Assembly (NCBI GenBank): GCA_000165425.1
Contig: CT868014.1
Span: 1-64,000 of the forward strand
Length of the DNA stretch: 64,000 nucleotides
Source of the DNA: Paramecium tetraurelia
Taxonomy: Eukaryota
Direction of reading: 5' to 3'
Shown here piece after piece: positions 56,328 through 64,000 of this stretch (positions are counted from its first letter, which is position 1; every line of letters starts with the position of its first letter). Both the position numbers and the translations under genes were made by a program. The notes under the pieces were generated by a model that saw nothing but the letters and a program-made list of their open reading frames with translations, searched no databases and was not told where the DNA came from.

Positions 56328-56370
56328 AAATTGAAATTTGGTTATATTAATTTATTGATATTATATAAAT

Positions 56371-59300
56371 ATGATGTTTATTCTTATGAGTCTAATTTTG
56401 GTGAGTCACTAAGAGTTATTATTAAAAGTGGATTAATGCACTTGTAAATAAATTCTGAGTTCCTTTGATTGTAATCAATTGAGTTAATGTGATTGGAACA
56501 ATGAATCTGGTTTATGTGAAGATCGTAAATATACAGATTCAGATTCCTATTGCTCAATAAATTCTACTAATTGTCCAGTAGATGGCTGTGCTTTATACTA
56601 AGGTATTTGTAAACCTTTCAGTGGTTGCACTATATATCAAGCAAAGACACATGATGAGTGTCAGAAGATTTCTCGTTTATGCACAGGAAATGGTGAAAAT
56701 TGTATTTAGATGGAATGGACATGTGATAACTATCAAAATTAAATTGCTTGTTAGATAGATTTGGAGGGATATCCATGTAATTGGAATAAAGAAAGCAACA
56801 AATGTTATTAGATATTAAAATGCCAGGAAATCCCATAATCTTACAAAACTCATTAAGCCTGCTATCAAGTAGGAATAAAGTATGATTTAAAATGCACTGC
56901 CCAATAGGGAGGAGGTTGTATGGATATAGCAGAGACTTGCAAAAATTTACCGGAAGTAGGGTGTGTAATCAAATTAAATGGGGACTCCTGTTTTTGGAAC
57001 GTATCTTCATGTTAAGATTACATATGTTAAAATGCCCCTGCTTCTAATACTACCCATGAATAATGTTAAAGTTTCTTAAGTACTTGCACTGTAAATAATG
57101 AGCAGAAAGGATGTATGTAAATTGCATCAAAATGTGATGATTATCAAAATAAGGCATAATGTGTATATGCCGGTGAAGATTTGTGTGTGTGGTCAGAAAT
57201 GTTTTGTAAGGATGGAGATACTATTTGTGAATCAAAATAAACATGCAAATCTTGGTTGTGTGAAAATGCTTCATCTACTTACAATACCGATAGTTTATGC
57301 AGATAATTTAAACATTAGTGCACAGTCAATAATACCAATGATGGTTGTATTTAAAGGTTAGATTCATGTTCCAAATACGAAAAATAATAATAATGTGTTA
57401 GTTTGTTGGACGATTCAAAAAAATGTTTTTGGAATGGAACTAAGTGCGTTGATAAAACTTGTGACAACGCTACTCTTTCCAAATATAATGAGAGTTCTTG
57501 TAGTAGGTACATGCCATAATGCACTGCTGGTGGGGACAATAAATGTGTTCTTAAGACTTGTAATACATATTTAACTGAAAATCTATGTAGTAAGGACTAT
57601 TAGAACAATAAATGTAGTTGGAGTGGTTCTTGTAAATAAAAGACTTGTGAAAATGCAAGTGATGATTTGATCACTCACTCTGATTGTTAGTAATGGTTAG
57701 AAGGTTGCACAATTAAATAAGATCTTAAAGGATGTTAAAATTTAGCAGATTCCTGTGATGCTTATAAAATAGAAGATTAATGTCACTTGGCAGGCACTCC
57801 TAAATTTTAGTGTTTATGGATAAATGGGTTGTGTGTTAAGAAGGATTGTTCTTTTGCTAGTCTTGATATAGATAATGATGAGGAGTGTTTAAGTTACTTA
57901 GGAGTGTGTATGATTAGTGATAAAAAAAGAGGTTGTGTAAATCGCAAAAAAAATTGTCCCGATTTATTGGAACATCAATGCTCTATACCCAGTCAGGATA
58001 CATTGTGTTTTTGGAATCAGGCATCATCACAATGTGAATTTAGATAATGTACTTAAGGAACTTCAAATTCATTCCAAGCTTGTTAGCAGTTTTTACCCAC
58101 TTGTACAGTTAAACATGATGGTACTAATTACCTTGGATGTATAACCAAATCAGATAAGTGCAGTGCTTATAAGAATGAATTTATGTGCATTGATAGTTTG
58201 ATTGAGGGTCTATGCATATGGAACAAGAGAGTTATTCCTTATGCTTGTGAAAAGAGGTCATGTTAGAATTCAGATCAAACTGCAAGTGATGAAGCATGCA
58301 ACAATTTTTTGAGTACATGCACAGTCAATTCTGACCAAACTTAATGTATGGAACGCAAAGAAAATTGTAACTTATATTTATAGGAATTCAATTGCAGAAA
58401 AACTAAATCAGGAAGTTAATGTATCTGGTTAAACAATGTATGCACGTCTAAGACTTGTGATAAGGCTGATAAGACATACACTTCTCATTAAGAATGCCAA
58501 CAGTTCAGCAAGAATTGCACTACAAATGGGAAGGGATGCATTCAAATTGATTAATGTTCTAAATATACCACTAGATCAGGATGTGTAATTGATCAGAACA
58601 ATTAGCTATGCGTATTCTAATCTAGTTGCAACTTGCTTTAATGTAGTGATGCTCCTTACTCTTATTCCACTGATGAATAGTGTAAAACATATAAATCAGA
58701 ATGCACCACTAATGGGAATGGTTGTGTTTTGAGAACATAGTGTTCAGATGCTTATATTTAATAAGCTTGTATTACTGACTCTAAGGGTAACAAGTGTTCA
58801 TGGATTAACAATAAATGCCTTGATTATAATTGTTCAACTGCTCCTGCTAACTATGTCACTGAGCTTGAGTGTCATATGCATCAACCAGGATGCACTGTAA
58901 ATTAATCTGGAGGTTGCATTAAAAAAGGTCGTTGCGAAGATGCTAAAGTTTAAGAGGCTTGCACATCAGATAAAGATAAAAACCAATGCGTATTCTCGAA
59001 AGGTGTATGCAGGGATGTATTATGTTCAGATATGCCATACACAAATCATTATGAGTGTGTTAAATTTAAATCATCTTGCACTTCTAATGGAATCACTTGC
59101 ATTCCTCAATCTAATTGCAATAAAAAAATTCAAAGTGGTTGTTTCATAGGTTCAGATGGACCATGCTTATGGATTAAAAATACTTGTTATCAATATTCAT
59201 CTTGCACATCTCTCAAATTCTAAACTCATTAATAATGTTATGAATTCAGTGGTGAATGCACTACTGATGGAAATACGTGCATTCCAATAGACAAATGTGC

Positions 59301-60363
59301 CAATCTAAATTTTAACAGTTGTTTTTAGGGAACAGATGGAAAATGTGTGTACATAACAAAAGATTAGAAATGCTAGCTATACACAGGTTGTGGCTCTCTC
59401 CAGTACGATGATCACCAAAATTGCTAGAGTCTAAGTGACAATTGTACAACCAATGGAACTAAATGTATTGAATTAGGAGAGTGTTCATCCTATACTTAAT
59501 AGATAAGTTGTTAGTTGAATAAAAATCGTAAAAAATGCTATTATGATTCTTAAGCAAAAAAATGTGTTGATTTGCAGTGTTCTCATCTGCAATTTACAAC
59601 TCATAGTTAATGCAATATAGAATTAGAAACTTGTACATCCGACAACATCAAATGTATTAAAATAGATAAATGTGAAACATATCAATAAAACTATTGCAAT
59701 CTTGCACCCGGTTTGGATGGTAAATGCAGTTATGATTTAAAAGAATAGAAATGCAGATAGATTCACTGTTAAGAATTGTTAGAAAATTGCTCTCAAATAA
59801 GTACATGCATAGATAGTGGTCTGGGATGCGTGGATTACTCAACATGTGATAAGTATCAAACTGAGAAAGCATGCAAATATGGTGGCTCTGATGGACATTG
59901 CATCTGGTATTAAGATGAAGGGAAAGGAAAATGTAAAATCATGGCTTCATGCTCAGATGCTTCATCTAGCATAGAGGCATGTTAATCAAAAATGCAAACT
60001 TGCCAATGGACTTAAACTTTGACCAAAAGCACTTGTGCATAACATACATGTTCATCAAAAAAATAAGAATCTTCATATTGTTAACCAATCTTAGATTTTT
60101 CTGGTAAATATTACTAGATATGTACTATTTCTAATGGCCAGTGTTTTTCAGAAAAACTTTCTTCTCTTGGAGCATCAAATTGCTTTTCAGGTACAGCTTA
60201 CACATACACATGGGACTCTGCCAATTCTGTTTGTTTGCAGTGCGGAACAGTATATAACAATAAAAGTGATGAGAAAGATGATGATGATATTCTTCCAGAA
60301 CAAGGGATGAATTCTTAGGTACTATTTCCAATGTTGTATCTGATTATTAGTATATATATTTGA
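56371..60363 (+). CDS. Cys-rich Paramecium surface-antigen-like protein (about 1330 aa), probably GPI-anchored
   Basis: Signal peptide; periodic C-x-W...C..KTC..A......H..C..F...CT units; hydrophobic C-terminus VLFPMLYLIISIYI*; 3993 nt, intronless. Confidence 0.92.
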
Positions 60364-60367
60364 TTTT

Positions 60368-61316
60368 TCATAAATCTTCTAAATTGAGTACATCAAAGTT
60401 GTCTTTTTACCCGTCTTGGTTGTTGTCAAACCACTTAATCAACTACCCCTCATTCCATTCTCCAAATCTTGTCCGACCATTATCCAAAGTAACTTTACCT
60501 TTCCCGTTTGGCTTTGATTGTTTAAAACTACCTTCATAACTCTTACCATCTAAATTATGGATATTAAATACTCGACCATTTAAAAATGCCATAACCATTA
60601 GGAGCATCCTTATTAAACTGTCCAACATATGTACAACCATTGGGCCATCTAATTTACCCTTAACCGCACATAAAATCCTCGAACCACTCCCCTTTATATT
60701 CTTTACCATTCTTCCACACTTGAGATCCCTACCCGTGTCTCTTATTATTAATCCACAAACCTGTATATGTCGAACCATCATTCCAAACATAAGTCCCCTG
60801 TCCCTACTTTATTCCCTCATAAAAGTATCCCTCATACTTACTCCCATCCTCCCAAGTCTCCATCCCATAACCCTATTATAAGTCATCCTTCCACTATCCT
60901 TCGAATTTACATCCACTCATCGACTGGAATGTCCCTCTGCCATTTTACTTATCATTCTCCCATTATCCTTCATAATAGTCTCCGTCTGGATAGACAAACT
61001 TTCCTTATCCATGAGCCTTGTTATTCTTCCATTCTCCTTCATATTCTGAACCATCTGGCCATCTTAGAATTCCATAACCTTCCCTTTTATTACCGACCCA
61101 ATCCCCTTAATATACACCTCCACTTTTCAGAGTGACTGCCAGTTGTTTGGTTCTTTCTTGAGTCTTAGTAGTTTGACATGAATTCAATTCTTTCTACTTC
61201 TTTTTGTAATTATATTTAATATTGATTTTACGAGTATCCAAACGACTCACTTCTATATCATCACATGGTTCTACATCATCCAAATATGAAGAATTGCTGC
61301 AACATTATGCTCCCAT
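60368..61316 (-). CDS. MORN-repeat protein with N-terminal MGxxCC acylation signal
   Basis: MGAQCCSNSS; YIGDWV/YEGEW/WNDGSTYTGLW/YKGEW/YEGSFKQSKPNGKGKV repeats. Confidence 0.9.
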
Positions 61317-61596
61317 TCTCAAGTTAATTTAATCAAAATAAACTATTATTCAATTTTTGATTATTAATTATTTGTTTGCTCTATCTAATTCATCAAAAAT
61401 AAAACAGTATATTATTGCTCTAAACAAGATATCTCCTTCATATTTGAATTCACAAATTCTTGAAATATTTATATAATCCTGACTTATGTTTACAATAAAA
61501 ACTACTCACATCGAGAATTAAATTTGAAATAATAAAATAATAATAAATTTAGATCTAAAAGTAGTATAAATTTTAAGCAAATATTAGCAAACGGGT

Positions 61597-62145
61597 TCAA
61601 TTCTCAATTATAGGAAATTTATCGAGCAATGTCAAATAATTTAAACTGGTTCTTCTACATTCAAAGTTCTGCTGTCTTCCTTAGGTAATCGCAAATTAAA
61701 TATTATTCGAATCCATCAAATTTACAACCTTCTATGTGATATTCTTAAAGGATTGATAATTAACAGTGTTGTCCTACCTGGGTTGACTGAGATATTGGTT
61801 GATTGTTCCATTATCTGATCGGGGACTGAAATAGTAGTTGACCTATCCATTATCTAATCGATGATTTAATTTGTTGTCTAAGGCATAGTTTTCATCTCGC
61901 AAAGGGGATACGTATTTGGTGACTGTTTCTCTTTTCATAAGCTCTAGCGGTTTGGTGTAAGTTGGTTTTTCAGTGCTATTTTTCAAAACCTTGAGATAAG
62001 TTTGGATTCTATTTAAATCAATGTTGGAGGATTATATTAATGATTTAAAATATGACCATTCTCGTTTCGGATTTGCAAAGTGGGTTATGTATTTCTCTAT
62101 GACCAAATCAAAAAACTCAATTATGGCATTGCTAATTTCCTACAT
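61597..62145 (-). CDS. Hypothetical protein (182 aa)
   Basis: Intronless MQEISNAIIEFFDLVIEKY...; short internal repeat RLDNGQVNYY/RSDNGTINQY/RQDNTVNY. Confidence 0.65.
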
Positions 62146-62412
62146 CCTTATTATTTATTAGCAGTTAATATAATTTATTAAAATTTTATTTCAATTAGTT
62201 AAATATTCCCTAATTCCTACTAACTAATTCACTTATATTAAATTGATTAAATTTCAATCAAGCAAGAATTTCTAATGCCGAATCGAAGAATCGTAAGATC
62301 TTAATCATATTCTATTTTTGGCTTTTGATCCCCAAATTAATAAAGATTAAATTTGGTAATAATAAGTTAAATATTGCTTATAAGTACATTTTCAATAAAA
62401 AGAATAAGATTT

Positions 62413-63442
62413 ATGAATAAACTAAATAAACCTGAATCAAGAGTTTAACGCAACATTCGAATAGTTATGTCCAATATCAAGGAGGAACAATAATAAAAAG
62501 GTACCCTTGTAATTTGAATGTTATTAAGTTGTAAAATATTTCAGTCATCTCAAACAAGATGCTGAGTTAGCAAAACCTAGATATGCTCATTCTTAATTTC
62601 CATAGTAGAAATTTTATTAAACTGTGGCAGAACCCAGTCTCATTGATTTTTCACTTGAAAATCTGAATCTAAAAGTCAGTAGAGTGGGAACCCTAGTGGA
62701 ACCCATGATTCCAATAGAAGAAATTCCGCATAAACCAATAATTAAGAAATTTAAAGTCTTGAAGCATCCAGTGTTCCTAACTGAAAATACAATTAACAAG
62801 ATAGAACCAACTGAAAGACATAATGAATTACCTACATCGATAAAAAGAAGCACAAAATAATAAATGATGAATAATGAAATTCTTCATCGCTTAGGATTGC
62901 TGAGTGTACAAGCTAAGCGAGAACTCCAAATTGAAAAACTCAGCAACAGAGCTCTCAAGGTTTCCAAAAGCAAAGAAATACCTTCAAAAGTTCATAAATA
63001 ACTCGAAGCAATCACATAATAGTTGAAAGAGAATGAGAAGCCAGAACTCATTTAATTAACTTAAAGATGTACTACCTCAGCATCTGGTGCATCCAGAAAA
63101 GCCTACGATTATCAAGACGAGTATTTAGTGGATTGTCTTACTGAAAGACTTAATTTGGTTTACAGTGTTTCGACCTTTAAGAATAGACCTCAAACAAGAT
63201 TAGCTAAGAGAAAAATTCACAACTTTTTCAAAACAGTAACCATGGCGCATCTGGAGAACTTAGACGAAATTAAGAAGGATGATCAAAGTATTCAGATTTA
63301 AATTAAATCAATTAAAGAGAAGTTATAATTATGTAAGAGACGCCTACTAGATTATAATGATGAGATAGAAATAGCCCTTACAGAAGATATTAAAGGGCAA
63401 GTCATTGAATATAAAAATATTATTAAAAATAATAAAAAATGA
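62413..63442 (+). CDS. Hypothetical protein (may extend to 63606 through a frameshift)
   Basis: MNKLNKPESRVQRNIR..., one intron near 62501-62528, open to AAA TGA at 63437-63442. Confidence 0.65.
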
Positions 63443-64000
63443 CAGATATCGAAGCTGTATCGAAGTTTTGTGACTTAAATGATAGTAGATATTCAAATAT
63501 AAGAGCTGAAACTAAGGGTGTACTATACATCAAACAACAACTCTCAGGAGTGATAAATTTCACTCCAAATTCTATTGTTTGTAGGATTAGAAAGAAAATT
63601 ATTTGATAATTATGACTATTTGATTGCAAAAGGAATAACTGATTGCGATACAGTGCATGTGCTTAAGCCTGTTCTCACATACTAATAAATTAAGAAGAAT
63701 AAAATGCAAAAAAGGGATGGGATATCATTTAATTGATTAATTAGCACAATGTATTTCATTTTCTCATTATCCATCTAATTGCTTATTGACAATTTGAATT
63801 TAAATCTGGAAGTGATGGATGTGCTAGTGTATTTGTTAAAGTGCTATTTATCTTCAATAGCATTTTTTTCACTACAAATATTAATATATAAATAATATAA
63901 TATAAATGGATCTAAGGGATGAAAATTACAATGCATCATTAACCTAAATTGAGCTTAGTGTTGAGGCACTTACTAATATTCTTTATTATTAAGAATTTTT

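Noticed and set aside
60767..61135. His/Pro/Ser-rich plus-strand ORF
   Set aside because: Antisense shadow of the MORN repeats

Overview
AT-rich eukaryotic DNA with the hallmarks of a ciliate macronuclear chromosome, most likely Paramecium. TAA/TAG read as Gln (translation table 6), TGA is the only stop, GT..AG introns are about 20-34 nt and intergenic spacers are very short. The supplied ORF track uses the wrong code, so most of its ORFs are fragments or antisense shadows. Re-translating by hand gives about 38 gene models: Myb, scramblase, two MORN proteins, an SDR/KAR, two TTL-family proteins, an alpha/beta hydrolase, an HSL-type lipase, a PG-rich (SHIPPO) repeat protein, SWI3/SMARCC, NDUFA8, PDI, a large Sec7 ARF-GEF, ArfGAP, NAT9, four kinases, a C2H2 zinc-finger protein, a Cys-rich surface antigen and several coiled-coil or hypothetical proteins. 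The most striking observation is two diverged genes (30109-30854 minus; 37781-38529 plus) whose C-terminal ubiquitin-like domain ends in the same unusual RWTGG di-glycine motif plus a tail, each preceded by a probable second UBL domain. They are a candidate lineage-specific ubiquitin-like modifier family. Also notable: a signal-anchored TTL-like ligase, an apparent TTL pseudo-enzyme, a dually acylated SILK+RVxF PP1-targeting candidate and a Cys-rich finger inside the Sec7 GEF. All coordinates and splice sites were read by eye and are not confirmed by any database search.
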